Shown here in pieces: positions 36,730 through 46,854 of a DNA stretch of 64,000 bases. Within the stretch, counting starts at the first letter, position 1. Each line of letters opens with the position of its first letter. The notes below the pieces were generated by a model. The model did not search any database. It had not been told where the DNA came from and saw only the letters and a list, made by a program, of their open reading frames with translations. Position numbers and translations under genes: made by a program. The stretch lies in IMG/VR virus record IMGVR_UViG_3300031951_021456, positions 183,933 to 247,932 of that record; one strand, 5' to 3'.

Positions 36730-37205
36730 AAACTATCAAATCTATAAATATCTGCTCAGATCACAATTCTGAGTGGACGGTTGAACCAGTTTTTGATAAC
36801 GGTGATAATTTTGACGAAAAATGGAAAGATGTACCAAATGATATGGAGTTTTACAAATACACTGAAAATTTTGAAGAGTTTCTTAAAAGCTACTTAGATT
36901 TTCTTTCAGATTATGATATAGTAAACGTAAAATTTTATAGTGACTATGTTGCTCAACCGATAAAAGAACTTGCTGAACTCGCTAGATCTGTAAAGGGATA
37001 TTTTACGGGGTTTGCTACATCTCCATTTTTTATCTATAAATTTAAATCCTATCCTACAAATAATGGTTTATCTTTTGATACAAAAGAAGCCCTTATTAAA
37101 CATTGTTCTCAATTGAGTAATTGTGTATTTTACGGTGTCACATATTCTCAAAAAACAAATGAATACATAATACGTTATACTGAAGTAGAGCCAACAAAAA
37201 AGTAA
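36726..37205 (+). CDS. Hypothetical protein
   Basis: C-terminus paralogous to the next gene (FTGF..P.FIY...RYTEVEPT). Confidence 0.7.
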   Translation: MKTIKSINICSDHNSEWTVEPVFDNGDNFDEKWKDVPNDMEFYKYTENFEEFLKSYLDFLSDYDIVNVKFYSDYVAQPIKELAELARSVKGYFTGFATSPFFIYKFKSYPTNNGLSFDTKEALIKHCSQLSNCVFYGVTYSQKTNEYIIRYTEVEPTKK

Positions 37206-37209
37206 ATCA

Positions 37210-37572
37210 ATGAAAAACATCCAGGAACCACAAACAGTTTTTAGCTATGACGAGTGGCTTAAATTCATGTCAAATATTGGCGCAGAATTTCAACCGGACT
37301 TGGTAGAATTTATCTCATCTATTAAAGAAAGTTTTATTGGATTTTGTAAAACCCCACTTATCATATATGATGGAAAAGTTGGCACGGCCCGATCCGCAGT
37401 ATTTAACTCTAAACATGAAGTTTTAAATTTTTTAAAAGATAAATCTTGTTTTCTTTATAGTTTAGATGAATTTTCTACAATGTTGCCATCTGGAGAAAAA
37501 GAAATTTCATTAAAAATGAGGTATATTGAAGTAGAACCAACAACACAAACAAAACTTGAACCACAATGCTAA
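37210..37572 (+). CDS. Hypothetical protein
   Basis: FIGF..P.IIY...RYIEVEPT. Confidence 0.7.
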   Translation: MKNIQEPQTVFSYDEWLKFMSNIGAEFQPDLVEFISSIKESFIGFCKTPLIIYDGKVGTARSAVFNSKHEVLNFLKDKSCFLYSLDEFSTMLPSGEKEISLKMRYIEVEPTTQTKLEPQC

Positions 37573-38135
37573 CCCCAGATAATATCTTCACAATCTTGTC
37601 TATCAGTTTCACTATTATCCTCGGAATAGGGGCTTTAATTGTTAGAAAACAGGCAATTAAAGCCTGGTCTATGACGACTAAGGCACCTATATTGAAAAAC
37701 ACAAAATCTGCATACAACGTTCCATTAAAAGAGCGTTTGAGGCGTTTTAAAGTAAGACTTAAAACACTCTTTAATATTCCAGAATATCGTAACTCTGACT
37801 ATTTTGGGAAAATTAAACTTCCATCTAATACTAACATTCCAGTAAAAATCCCAAATTTCTGGTATATTCCATTTGAAGTTTATCTCTTAGCTCATCTACA
37901 GAGGGCACATTTTATCATGACTTGTGATGAATATTTTTATGTTGATTCTGGGATGGCACGTTTAACCACACTTTTCCCCAAAAAAGAAAATTCATCAGAC
38001 TTATTTGATCATAACTTTCTTTCTGGAACCATAGAAATGTGGACTGAGAGGGATGGTTCATTAGCTGTTAAAAAAACTAATGGGAAAATTGAAATTATAA
38101 AAGAAGATGAAGCAAAAACTAACTCTAACAACTAA
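37566..38135 (+). CDS. Membrane-anchored hypothetical protein
   Basis: N-terminal transmembrane helix. Confidence 0.7.
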   Translation: MLTPDNIFTILSISFTIILGIGALIVRKQAIKAWSMTTKAPILKNTKSAYNVPLKERLRRFKVRLKTLFNIPEYRNSDYFGKIKLPSNTNIPVKIPNFWYIPFEVYLLAHLQRAHFIMTCDEYFYVDSGMARLTTLFPKKENSSDLFDHNFLSGTIEMWTERDGSLAVKKTNGKIEIIKEDEAKTNSNN

Positions 38136-38253
38136 AGAATCCCAAGATGTTCTTGAAATTCTTATTGAGCACCAAAAGAATTATGGAACAGACCATACAC
38201 CTGAGCGAATTATTAGGATTCGTGGTGTGATTGAAAAACTAACAAGTAATTAA
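38107..38253 (+). CDS. Small hypothetical protein (48 aa, not in track)
   Basis: MKQKLTLTTKESQDVLEILIEHQKNYG..PERI..IRGVIEKL. Confidence 0.5.
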   Translation: MKQKLTLTTKESQDVLEILIEHQKNYGTDHTPERIIRIRGVIEKLTSN

Positions 38254-38259
38254 ACTAAA

Positions 38260-38685
38260 ATGAGTCTATTTAATGCTAAAATTTTAAATGTGTCAGAAAT
38301 TTACCCAAATGGACAGACATTTGAACCCACAACAGAAGTAACTGTAAAATTTAATATTCCTGCAGAACCTCTTCGGAGTAGTTATTATAATCTAGGTGGT
38401 GCAATTATGTATGCCTATGATAATTATGACGAATCCAATATTGAAAGGTGGATTGAAACAACAAAAGTTCAAAGAGCAGTGTTCCTTGATGCGGATAAAT
38501 TGTCTAATGAACAAATGGAAACAAATAATCAACTAAAACCAAATTATGACATGAATGATGTAGATAGAGCTAGACTAAAATTTGATATTTTCGCTTTAGC
38601 CTCAGATTTAGCAAAAGATAGAAACTGGACGGAAAACCAATTTTTTGAATTTGCAGATAGGCTTTGTCAACGTATCTTAACTTAA
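38260..38685 (+). CDS. Hypothetical protein
   Basis: 141-aa ORF. Confidence 0.65.
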   Translation: MSLFNAKILNVSEIYPNGQTFEPTTEVTVKFNIPAEPLRSSYYNLGGAIMYAYDNYDESNIERWIETTKVQRAVFLDADKLSNEQMETNNQLKPNYDMNDVDRARLKFDIFALASDLAKDRNWTENQFFEFADRLCQRILT

Positions 38686-38742
38686 CTATAAATAATTAGA
38701 GTATCATCTAATAGACTAAATAAGTCACATAATTTTAAGATA

Positions 38743-39957
38743 ATGAAAACATTCTCTCAGTTCTTGTTAGAATACCGAGGCAGTAAAGCCAGCGAAAAAG
38801 CTTATCGTCTTGGTTTAGTTTCTAATAAACACGGGGGATGGGTTGATCGCTCTGGGAAACTAATTGCACAAACCGTTAATGGGGATTTACAATTCGTCCA
38901 GAAAAAATCACCCTCTCCAGAAAAAGCTGAAGGAAATTTAACACCATCTCAGGAGCAGGAAGCTCCACAAATAAAGAAAGTTTCTGGTGGAAATCAAACT
39001 AAAATAAAATCAGCAAAAGAAGAAGATTCTACACCCAAAGTTAAAGGTGAAGATACAATTACTATTGTTTTAGGTAGATTTAATCCACCCACTAATGCTC
39101 ATCGCCTAATATTTGACAAAGCTATACAAGTAGCATCTGGCGGAGAACTGAGAATTTACCCATCAAGAGCACAAAATAGAACCACAGATCCTCTTAATCC
39201 TCCTCAAAAAATTAAATATATGAGGAAAATGTTTCCTGATCTTAAAAAGAAAATTGTTAATGATCGTGCATTAAAAACTATTTTTGAGGTTTTAAAAAAT
39301 ATTTTTGAAGATGGTTTTAAGAATGTTAATATAGTTGTAGGTGCTGATAGAGTTTCTGAATTTGAAAGACTTGCAAATCAATATAATAATTCAGATTTAT
39401 ATTCATTTGAGGATATTAAAATTGTTTCTGCTGGCCCAAGAGATCCAGATTCTGCAGATGATTTAACAAGTATGTCTTCAGCTAAACTAAGAAAAGCATC
39501 AGTTGAAGATGACTTTCCAACATTTAGATCTGGAGTTCCTAGGACTCTTCCTCCACAAGAAGTAGAAAATCTCTTTCATGCTGTGCAGAATGCTCTTGAA
39601 GGCAAGAATAAAATGACAGAAATGTGGAGAATTGCACCTAGTCTAGATTATGAAAATTTAAGAGAAAATTATTATCAAGGAAATATTTTTAAGGTTGGAG
39701 ATGTAGTTGAAAATCTTATTACTGGTCTTATTGGTAAAATAACAAGACGCGGCCCAAATTATTTAATATGCGTAACAGAAGATAATATTATGTTTAAGTC
39801 TTGGATCAAAGATATAACTGAATGGATAGGTTTTTCTTCTGATCAAAGAATTGTTGAATCTGATCAACTTAGTGAATATGTAATGAAATTAACAGGCTCT
39901 AAAGCAATTAAGAATTTTCTAAATTCTTACCGAAAGAGTAAAGAAAAATCTAAATAG
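38743..39957 (+). CDS. Cytidyltransferase-like (HxGH-type) protein of T4-like cyanophages
   Basis: GRFNPPTNAH, VVGADRVSEF, SAGPRDPD, MSSAKLR; late TAAATA at 38717. Confidence 0.85.
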   Translation: MKTFSQFLLEYRGSKASEKAYRLGLVSNKHGGWVDRSGKLIAQTVNGDLQFVQKKSPSPEKAEGNLTPSQEQEAPQIKKVSGGNQTKIKSAKEEDSTPKVKGEDTITIVLGRFNPPTNAHRLIFDKAIQVASGGELRIYPSRAQNRTTDPLNPPQKIKYMRKMFPDLKKKIVNDRALKTIFEVLKNIFEDGFKNVNIVVGADRVSEFERLANQYNNSDLYSFEDIKIVSAGPRDPDSADDLTSMSSAKLRKASVEDDFPTFRSGVPRTLPPQEVENLFHAVQNALEGKNKMTEMWRIAPSLDYENLRENYYQGNIFKVGDVVENLITGLIGKITRRGPNYLICVTEDNIMFKSWIKDITEWIGFSSDQRIVESDQLSEYVMKLTGSKAIKNFLNSYRKSKEKSK

Positions 39958-39980
39958 TTCATAAGTTATTAAACAAAAAT

Positions 39981-41378
39981 ATGTCTGATCGCATTATTCA
40001 AAGTTTTTCAGAATTGAAAAATATCTATCTGACTCAAATTGTTAAAGAAGAAAAAGAATATGGTGAAGACCATGAAGACAAGTATAAAAAGAGTGGTAAG
40101 AAGAGTAAGGATTATGACGAAGATGGCGAAGTAGAAGATGAAGCTGATGAATATGCTGGAGTAAAAGATAAAGCCATTAAAAAATCCAAGACTCATAAAA
40201 AAGATAAAGATGAGGACGAAGATTATAAAATGAAGACAGAATCTTATTCAGATTGGCGGAGCGATCTTTTTGAAATTGTTTCAAAACTTGAACCAAAAAT
40301 GAAAGATGTTAATAATGATGAAATCAAAGAGAAGCCAGTTAAAAATAAAATTATTGTCAATCCTTCGGTGAGTGAAAATATCGCCTTTATTAATGGTGAA
40401 GAATTAAATGAAGAATTTATCACTGAGAGTGTAAATATCACTGCCAACTACCTATATGAAATGGGTCTTAATGAGCACGGCCTTGATTTAGTTTTAGAAA
40501 CTTTAGATGAAGATACATTCCTTGAGTATATCTTCTATATTTCTGATGATTATATGCTCACAGAAGCTCGTAGAAGTGGAAGAATTGAACCAGTTACCAA
40601 GACTGGTAAACCAATTGCAACTTTACGTGGTGGAGCTAAAGCATCTGCAATCAGATCTAGAAAAAAAGAAAAAGCATCTAGAGATGTTGAAGATACTAGG
40701 CCATCTGGTATGACTGCTGCCCTTAAACGGCAAGCGGAGGTTGCTAAGAAAGTGACTATGGATCGGGGCAATAGTGCTGTGAAAGCTGCAGTTGAGGCTC
40801 AACCTAAAACTAAACAAAAATCAAATGAAACTAAAGATAAAATCGCAAGAGGTATTTTAGGTTTCATTTCAGGTGCTCAAAAACAATATGCCAAAGGTAT
40901 GGAAAGACACAAGGCTGCAATGAAAATGGCATCACAGACGGCAGAAGTTGGCTCCAATGTTGCTAAGGCAGTTTCAAAGGGTGCTAAAGCTGTTGGGGGT
41001 GGAATAACCAGTGGTGTACGAGTTGCAACAGGCCTTGAGACTCCATCTGGAAAAGAAACTAAACTTGGACGCAATGTAGCTGCTGCTACTTATAAAGGTG
41101 CTAGAAAGGTTACAAGAGCAGCAAGAGATGCTTATGCTAAGGAAGTTGGGTATAGACGTGCAAGAGCACAAACCAATGAAAATGTCCAGTATATTCTAGA
41201 AAAAGCAGTAAGTGAGCAACAACAAAAAATATTTGGGCTAGCCCTTTCAGTAAAACGTGGAATGGTTTCAAGAGATAAAGTTAGCGATAAGGTTTTAGAG
41301 ATTGCTGATGGAATGTCTGAGGCAGAAATTCGTAAATTTGCAACGACTAAACATAAAGGAATACCTAAGAAAGTATGA
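39981..41378 (+). CDS. Late hypothetical protein (acidic N-terminus, basic Ala-rich middle)
   Basis: TAAATA at 39951; C-terminal KAVSEQQQKIFGLAL...KHKGIPKKV module. Confidence 0.8.
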   Translation: MSDRIIQSFSELKNIYLTQIVKEEKEYGEDHEDKYKKSGKKSKDYDEDGEVEDEADEYAGVKDKAIKKSKTHKKDKDEDEDYKMKTESYSDWRSDLFEIVSKLEPKMKDVNNDEIKEKPVKNKIIVNPSVSENIAFINGEELNEEFITESVNITANYLYEMGLNEHGLDLVLETLDEDTFLEYIFYISDDYMLTEARRSGRIEPVTKTGKPIATLRGGAKASAIRSRKKEKASRDVEDTRPSGMTAALKRQAEVAKKVTMDRGNSAVKAAVEAQPKTKQKSNETKDKIARGILGFISGAQKQYAKGMERHKAAMKMASQTAEVGSNVAKAVSKGAKAVGGGITSGVRVATGLETPSGKETKLGRNVAAATYKGARKVTRAARDAYAKEVGYRRARAQTNENVQYILEKAVSEQQQKIFGLALSVKRGMVSRDKVSDKVLEIADGMSEAEIRKFATTKHKGIPKKV

Positions 41379-41620
41379 ATAAAAATATAGTATTATCATC
41401 TATCTTTAGTGCAACAGTTCTTTCTGCTATTGCAGGTGGAGTTTTTATTATTGACTGCCGGGTAAATAATGGTGGTGATCTTAAAGATTGTTGGATGACT
41501 GGTCTTCCATATATGGGTATTGGTTTAGCTGGTGGAGCAGGAGCTGCTGGCGGATTTAAAGTTGGCTATGAAACTTATAATCCAAATCTTAGAAAACCAA
41601 AAGATGAAGAACTTTCATAA
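41375..41620 (+). CDS. Small membrane protein
   Basis: Two hydrophobic segments; GYETYNPNLR. Confidence 0.7.
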   Translation: MNKNIVLSSIFSATVLSAIAGGVFIIDCRVNNGGDLKDCWMTGLPYMGIGLAGGAGAAGGFKVGYETYNPNLRKPKDEELS

Positions 41621-41678
41621 TTATTGTACTAATAATAAACATAAATAATTCTTAGCAAATACTATCCAGGAAATAATA

Positions 41679-42449
41679 ATGGCTCTTTGGGGAATCTCAA
41701 CTACAACCGAAACTGAAGCAAATAAGTATGGTATTCCCAAACATCTTCATGATGTAGACCGGAATAGAACTCCACATAATTGCTTTGCAGATCAAAGGGG
41801 TTGGGTCTATCGTTTTTATGGTAGCACTGAAAATTCTGGTCTTTCCACTTCATATTATGATGAAGTCATTGTTCCTGTTTCTGGTCTTAATACCACTGGG
41901 ATTGGTTCTAATTCAACTGGTCTAGGTCTTGCAACTCCTGTTGCAGTGTTTTTTGAAGACCTAAATCGTTCTTCACCAATTTCTATTGGTGCCGGGGGGA
42001 CTTCAGGTATTGGAACTGGACGAAATGGTCATGTTCATCTAGTTTTTAATGAACTTGTTTTCGCTTCTGCTGGTGCAACTTGTATGATTAGACAATTTAC
42101 TGCTGCTGGAGTTGCAACTGGAACTCCAATTGTTGCCACTGCACGTTCATATGCAAGCGGAGCGACTGTTACTAATTTTATTAATGATCAATCCTTTAAA
42201 ACCTTTACTGGCTATAATGGCCAAATTACCAATCGTGTTGCTTTTGCTTTTACTGCTCCTTCAACTGGTATTGGGAGTGTATTAAGAATTGACACAAGTA
42301 GAGGTTTTGTTGGAGTTATTACAGATCTTTTCAATGCTGCTGGAGTTACTTCAACTTTTACTGCTGATATGATTCGTAATGTTGGTGGTGCAGGTACTTT
42401 TGGCTCAAATGCTGGAATCGGAACCACTACTCTTACAATTTTCGCATGA
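41679..42449 (+). CDS. Putative virion structural protein (Gly/Thr-rich)
   Basis: MALWG start, GIGT repeats, late TAAATA at 41642. Confidence 0.75.
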   Translation: MALWGISTTTETEANKYGIPKHLHDVDRNRTPHNCFADQRGWVYRFYGSTENSGLSTSYYDEVIVPVSGLNTTGIGSNSTGLGLATPVAVFFEDLNRSSPISIGAGGTSGIGTGRNGHVHLVFNELVFASAGATCMIRQFTAAGVATGTPIVATARSYASGATVTNFINDQSFKTFTGYNGQITNRVAFAFTAPSTGIGSVLRIDTSRGFVGVITDLFNAAGVTSTFTADMIRNVGGAGTFGSNAGIGTTTLTIFA

Positions 42450-42455
42450 TTATAG

Positions 42456-42833
42456 ATGCAGTTTAATGAATTGAATGAAGATAATTTTCTTCTATTTGCG
42501 ATAAAAAATTATGAAAATCCTCAAGCTCTAACTAGAGAAGATTTTGAAAAGGATCTTAATCAGTTTAGGTATATTAAACGATTACTTAAAAAATATAAAA
42601 AAACTGGCGATTTAAAGGTTCATTTAATTCTTAATCATTTTGTGATACTTTATAATATTTTTGGAGAAGCCACAACTCCTATGCTTTTCTATAAGCTTGA
42701 TTGCGAACTGTGGAGTACAATTAAATCATTTATTGTTTTTCTCAATCGTCTTCCAGAGTTTCCAATTAGTTATATACATCTTATAGAAGAAGATCAAAAC
42801 TGCAAACGATTATTACATGACGCCACTAGATAG
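42456..42833 (+). CDS. Conserved T4-like cyanophage hypothetical protein
   Basis: LNEDNFLLFAIKNYENP...DLNQFRYIKRLL..Y...LILNH. Confidence 0.8.
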   Translation: MQFNELNEDNFLLFAIKNYENPQALTREDFEKDLNQFRYIKRLLKKYKKTGDLKVHLILNHFVILYNIFGEATTPMLFYKLDCELWSTIKSFIVFLNRLPEFPISYIHLIEEDQNCKRLLHDATR

Positions 42834-43041
42834 AATTATTACAATTATAAGAGAAGATGTAATGACTGCAAATGCGCCTGGCGAGGGTGGGGGATTTGGA
42901 GGTTCCTCACCGGAACCAAGAGCAGGATATGATACAATAATGGGGATGAATTTAACAAGACGCGGAAAAATAGATAAAAGAAATACAAAAAGTTATAAGA
43001 AAAAATATAACTCTTGGCTGAAATCATTGGGACTTTTGTAA
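42817..43041 (+). CDS. Conserved small protein
   Basis: REDVMTANAPG...AGYD. Confidence 0.7.
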   Translation: MTPLDRIITIIREDVMTANAPGEGGGFGGSSPEPRAGYDTIMGMNLTRRGKIDKRNTKSYKKKYNSWLKSLGLL

Positions 43042-43096
43042 ATTATAAATATTTAAGTATTATCGTTTTCCAAAGTGAGCACATTTGGAGTAATTA

Positions 43097-43561
43097 ATGG
43101 CAGAAGATTCAGTTCGGTTAGCGATTTTAGAAAAAAGTCAAGAAACTTCAGAAAAAGAAATGTCAGCTTTACGGGAAGCTATTTCTGAGATAAGTAAGGT
43201 TAATATAAGAATTAGCGAATTATTAGCTGTACATCAAGTAAAATTAGACCAACAACAACAAAAGGAAGAAGATCTTAACCGAAAAGTTGAAACTGGAATC
43301 TCTAAACTGACTTTAAAAATGGATGTAGATAGAGATGAAATATATAAGAAAATGGAGACTAATAAGACTGACCTGCTCACTGCTGTTGCAACCTTAGAAA
43401 CAAAATTTGATAATATAAAGGGTAAAGTTTTTATTGGTGTTGGGGTAGCTCTCACTTTTCAATTAATTTTGACTGTTTTTGGGCCTTCACTGATCTCAAA
43501 CATGACAACAAAGGTGGTCTTGACAAATCCGCAACCTTCTGCTAGAGTTCAGACACCTTGA
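43097..43561 (+). CDS. Coiled-coil protein with a C-terminal transmembrane helix
   Basis: Perfect late promoter TATAAATA at 43044. Confidence 0.75.
   Translation: MAEDSVRLAILEKSQETSEKEMSALREAISEISKVNIRISELLAVHQVKLDQQQQKEEDLNRKVETGISKLTLKMDVDRDEIYKKMETNKTDLLTAVATLETKFDNIKGKVFIGVGVALTFQLILTVFGPSLISNMTTKVVLTNPQPSARVQTP
43519..43548 (+). promoter_or_regulatory. Sigma70-like promoter for primase-nrdAB
   Basis: TTGACA-17-TAGAGT inside the 3' end of the upstream ORF. Confidence 0.6.
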
Positions 43562-43570
43562 ACGGTTTGA

Positions 43571-44545
43571 ATGGATGCAATAGACAATCAATACATTAAT
43601 TTACTTTCTTCACGTCTAGAAAAGTTTAAAAAAGTCAAAGCTGGTCTATATAACTGCAGATGTATTTTATGTGGTGATTCCCAGAAAAACAAGACAAAGG
43701 CAAGAGGATACTTTTATGAAAAGGGGAACAACACCAATTACAAATGCCATAACTGTGGCATAAATATATCACTTAATAACTTTCTAAAACAGGTAGATCC
43801 AATACTTTATCAAGACTATATTCTTGATAAATTCAAAAAAGGATACACTGGTAAAAACTTTGTTGTAGAAGCACCAAAATTCCCAAGAAAAAAGCTTATA
43901 CTTAGGCAACAATTAAATTTACCAAGAGCAAGTGAAGAGCAGATTTCAAGAGAATATTTAGAATCAAGAAAAATAGATCCAAGAAAGTTTTATTATGCCA
44001 AAGAGTTTAAGAAATGGGTTAATTCAATAAAACCAACATTTAATGAAAAAGCTCTATATTATGAGGAGGAAAGAATTGTAATTCCATTTTACTTCAAAAG
44101 AGAACTCATAGGATTTCAAGGAAGAACATTTGGTGATTCTCAGATCAAGTATATCACAATCATGCTCAATGAAGAATCCCCTAAAGTTTACAATTTTGAT
44201 ACAATAGATAATACTAAACCTGTATATATTCTTGAAGGGCCTTTTGATTCTTATTTTATTGAGAACTCAATTGCAATGTGTGGAGCTGATGTTTCACTTG
44301 AAAAATTAAACATAAACAATCCAATTTACATTTATGATAATGAACCGAGAAATAAAGAAATTATTGATAGAATGCAACGAACAATTAATAATGGGCTTCC
44401 AATAGTCATATGGCCAAATGCAATTAAAGAAAAGGATATAAATCTTATGATTCTTTCTGGTCTTGATATTAATCAAATTATCACTCAAAACATTTATACT
44501 GGTCTTTTAGCAACTTTAAATTTTAACGAATGGAAGAAAAAATGA
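43571..44545 (+). CDS. gp61: DNA primase gp61
   Basis: CRCILCGDS...CHNC zinc finger, GFQGR, LEGPFDS, YDNEPRN, KDIN. Confidence 0.96.
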   Translation: MDAIDNQYINLLSSRLEKFKKVKAGLYNCRCILCGDSQKNKTKARGYFYEKGNNTNYKCHNCGINISLNNFLKQVDPILYQDYILDKFKKGYTGKNFVVEAPKFPRKKLILRQQLNLPRASEEQISREYLESRKIDPRKFYYAKEFKKWVNSIKPTFNEKALYYEEERIVIPFYFKRELIGFQGRTFGDSQIKYITIMLNEESPKVYNFDTIDNTKPVYILEGPFDSYFIENSIAMCGADVSLEKLNINNPIYIYDNEPRNKEIIDRMQRTINNGLPIVIWPNAIKEKDINLMILSGLDINQIITQNIYTGLLATLNFNEWKKK

Positions 44546-46854
44546 GCAACAACATTACTGTAGTCAAGCGTAGTGGAAATATTGAACCATTAATGCTAGA
44601 GAAAATTCATGATATGGTGAATTGTGCATGTGAGGGTCTTACGAATGTTTCTGCATCTCAAATTGAGATGAATTCTGGACTTCAATTTTATCCGGGTATT
44701 ACAACTGACGAGATTCAGCAGATTCTTGTTAAATCTGCATCTGATTTGATTAGTCTTGAACATCCTAATTATCAATATGTTGCAGCGAGATTGCTACTTT
44801 TTGCTATTCGTAAGCGTCTTTATGGTGGACGAATTGATCTTCCTCATTTGAAGGATCATATTGCTCGCTGTTCTAATATCAATAATAATCATAGCATTTA
44901 TGATTTAAAAGCTATTGGTACATATAGCGATGAAGAACTTGAAGATCTTAATGAATATATTGATCATGAAAGGGATTTCATTTTCACATATGCAGGGCTT
45001 CGTCAAGTTGTTGATAAATATCTTCTTCAAGATAGATCTTCTGGCAAATTGTATGAAACTCCGCAATTTACCTATATGTTGATTTCTATGACCGGATTCT
45101 TTAAATATCCTAAAGAAACTCGCTTATATTATGTTAAAAAGTTTTATGATGCAATTAGCAAACATAAAATTAATTTACCAACGCCTATTATTGCTGGAAC
45201 TAGATCTAATGAATCAAACTCAGCATCATGTGTTCTAATTGATCCTGATGATGATTTAGATAGTATTTCTTCATCAGTTCACGCAATGATTAGATATATT
45301 GCAAAAAAAGCTGGTATTGGGCTTAATGCTGGAAGATGGCGAGGTCTTGGTAGTAAAATTCGTGGAGGGGAAGCAGTTTCAACTGGTGTAATTCCTTTTC
45401 TTAAACTTTTTGAGAGTGCATTGAAATCTTGTCATCAAGGTGGAATCCGAGCTGCAATGGCTACGGTTTATTTTCCAATCTGGCATCAAGAAATTGAAAG
45501 TGTTATTGTACTTAAAAATAATAAAGGTACTGAAGAGAATAGAGTAAGAAAACTAGATTATAATATTCAGATTTCTAAGTTATTTCTTGAGCGTTTTATT
45601 AAAGGTGAACAGATTACTTTATTTTCCCCTAATGATGTTCCTGGTCTTTATGAAGCTTTCTTTAGTTCAAATGGGACTGATGAATTTGACAAGCTTTATG
45701 TCAAATATGAGCAAGATAAAACAATTCAAAGTAAAACTATTGATGCTCGTAAACTAATTTTTGATCTTTTGACTGAAAGGTTTGAAACTGGAAGAATTTA
45801 CTTAATGTTTGTTGATCATTGCAATACTCATAGTCCATTTAAGGATAGCATTTATATGAGTAATCTTTGCACAGAAATTTTAGAGACGACAAAACCTATC
45901 AAACATATAGATGATGAGGAAGGAGAAATAGCTTTATGTACTTTAAGTTCTTTCAATGTTGGAATTATTAAAATTGATAAAGAGTTAGAATCCCTAGCAG
46001 ATTTAACTATTAGATTTCTTGATGAACTTATTGATACTCAATATTATCCAGTAAAAGCTGCAGAAATTTCAACTCGTTCAAGAAGAATGCTAGGTGTTGG
46101 AGTTATTGGTCTTGCTCATTATTTTGCTAAGTTAAATGTAACTTATGAGGATCAAGAAGCCTGGAATGCAACTCATCGTTTAGCTGAGAGTCTTCAATAT
46201 TATTTGTTGAAAGCCTCAAACAATCTTGCCAAGGAAAAAGGGCCTTGCGATTATTTTAATAAAACAAAATATTCAGATGGTATTCTTCCAATTGATACTT
46301 ACAAGAAAGAAGTTGATAATATTTGCAATGAACCTTTACAGCATGATTGGGAATCTTTAAGAAATGATATTGTTAAGTATGGTTTAAGAAATTCAACATG
46401 CAGCACAATTTTACCATCTGAATCATCGTCAGTTATCACTAATGCAACAAATGGTATTGAACCGCCAAGGGGCTTACTATCATACAAGAAATCTAAAAAA
46501 GGTCCAGTCAAGCAAATTGTTCCTCAATATTCAACATTGAAGAACAATTATACTTTACTTTGGAATATGAAAAACAATAAGGGATATTTCAATGTTGTTG
46601 CAGTCTTTACTAAATTTATTGATCATGCTGTTAGTTCAAACTGGAATTATAATCCAGCAAATTATCCCGGTGGGGAAGTTCCCATGAGTGAAATTTCAGG
46701 TGATTTATTATATTGTTATATGTATGGTCATAAAACTGCTTACTATTGCAATACCAATGATGGTAGAGTTGAAGGTGATGAACAAAAAGAAAATTTAGAT
46801 GAACTAATTAAACTACTAGAAGGAGAAGAAGTCTGTGAAAGTTGCTCAATCTGA
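44542..46854 (+). CDS. nrdA: Ribonucleotide reductase class Ia alpha subunit
   Basis: ATP cone, PTPIIAG, SCVL, SNLCTEI, LCTL, TNATNGIEPP, terminal CESC. Confidence 0.97.
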   Translation: MSNNITVVKRSGNIEPLMLEKIHDMVNCACEGLTNVSASQIEMNSGLQFYPGITTDEIQQILVKSASDLISLEHPNYQYVAARLLLFAIRKRLYGGRIDLPHLKDHIARCSNINNNHSIYDLKAIGTYSDEELEDLNEYIDHERDFIFTYAGLRQVVDKYLLQDRSSGKLYETPQFTYMLISMTGFFKYPKETRLYYVKKFYDAISKHKINLPTPIIAGTRSNESNSASCVLIDPDDDLDSISSSVHAMIRYIAKKAGIGLNAGRWRGLGSKIRGGEAVSTGVIPFLKLFESALKSCHQGGIRAAMATVYFPIWHQEIESVIVLKNNKGTEENRVRKLDYNIQISKLFLERFIKGEQITLFSPNDVPGLYEAFFSSNGTDEFDKLYVKYEQDKTIQSKTIDARKLIFDLLTERFETGRIYLMFVDHCNTHSPFKDSIYMSNLCTEILETTKPIKHIDDEEGEIALCTLSSFNVGIIKIDKELESLADLTIRFLDELIDTQYYPVKAAEISTRSRRMLGVGVIGLAHYFAKLNVTYEDQEAWNATHRLAESLQYYLLKASNNLAKEKGPCDYFNKTKYSDGILPIDTYKKEVDNICNEPLQHDWESLRNDIVKYGLRNSTCSTILPSESSSVITNATNGIEPPRGLLSYKKSKKGPVKQIVPQYSTLKNNYTLLWNMKNNKGYFNVVAVFTKFIDHAVSSNWNYNPANYPGGEVPMSEISGDLLYCYMYGHKTAYYCNTNDGRVEGDEQKENLDELIKLLEGEEVCESCSI

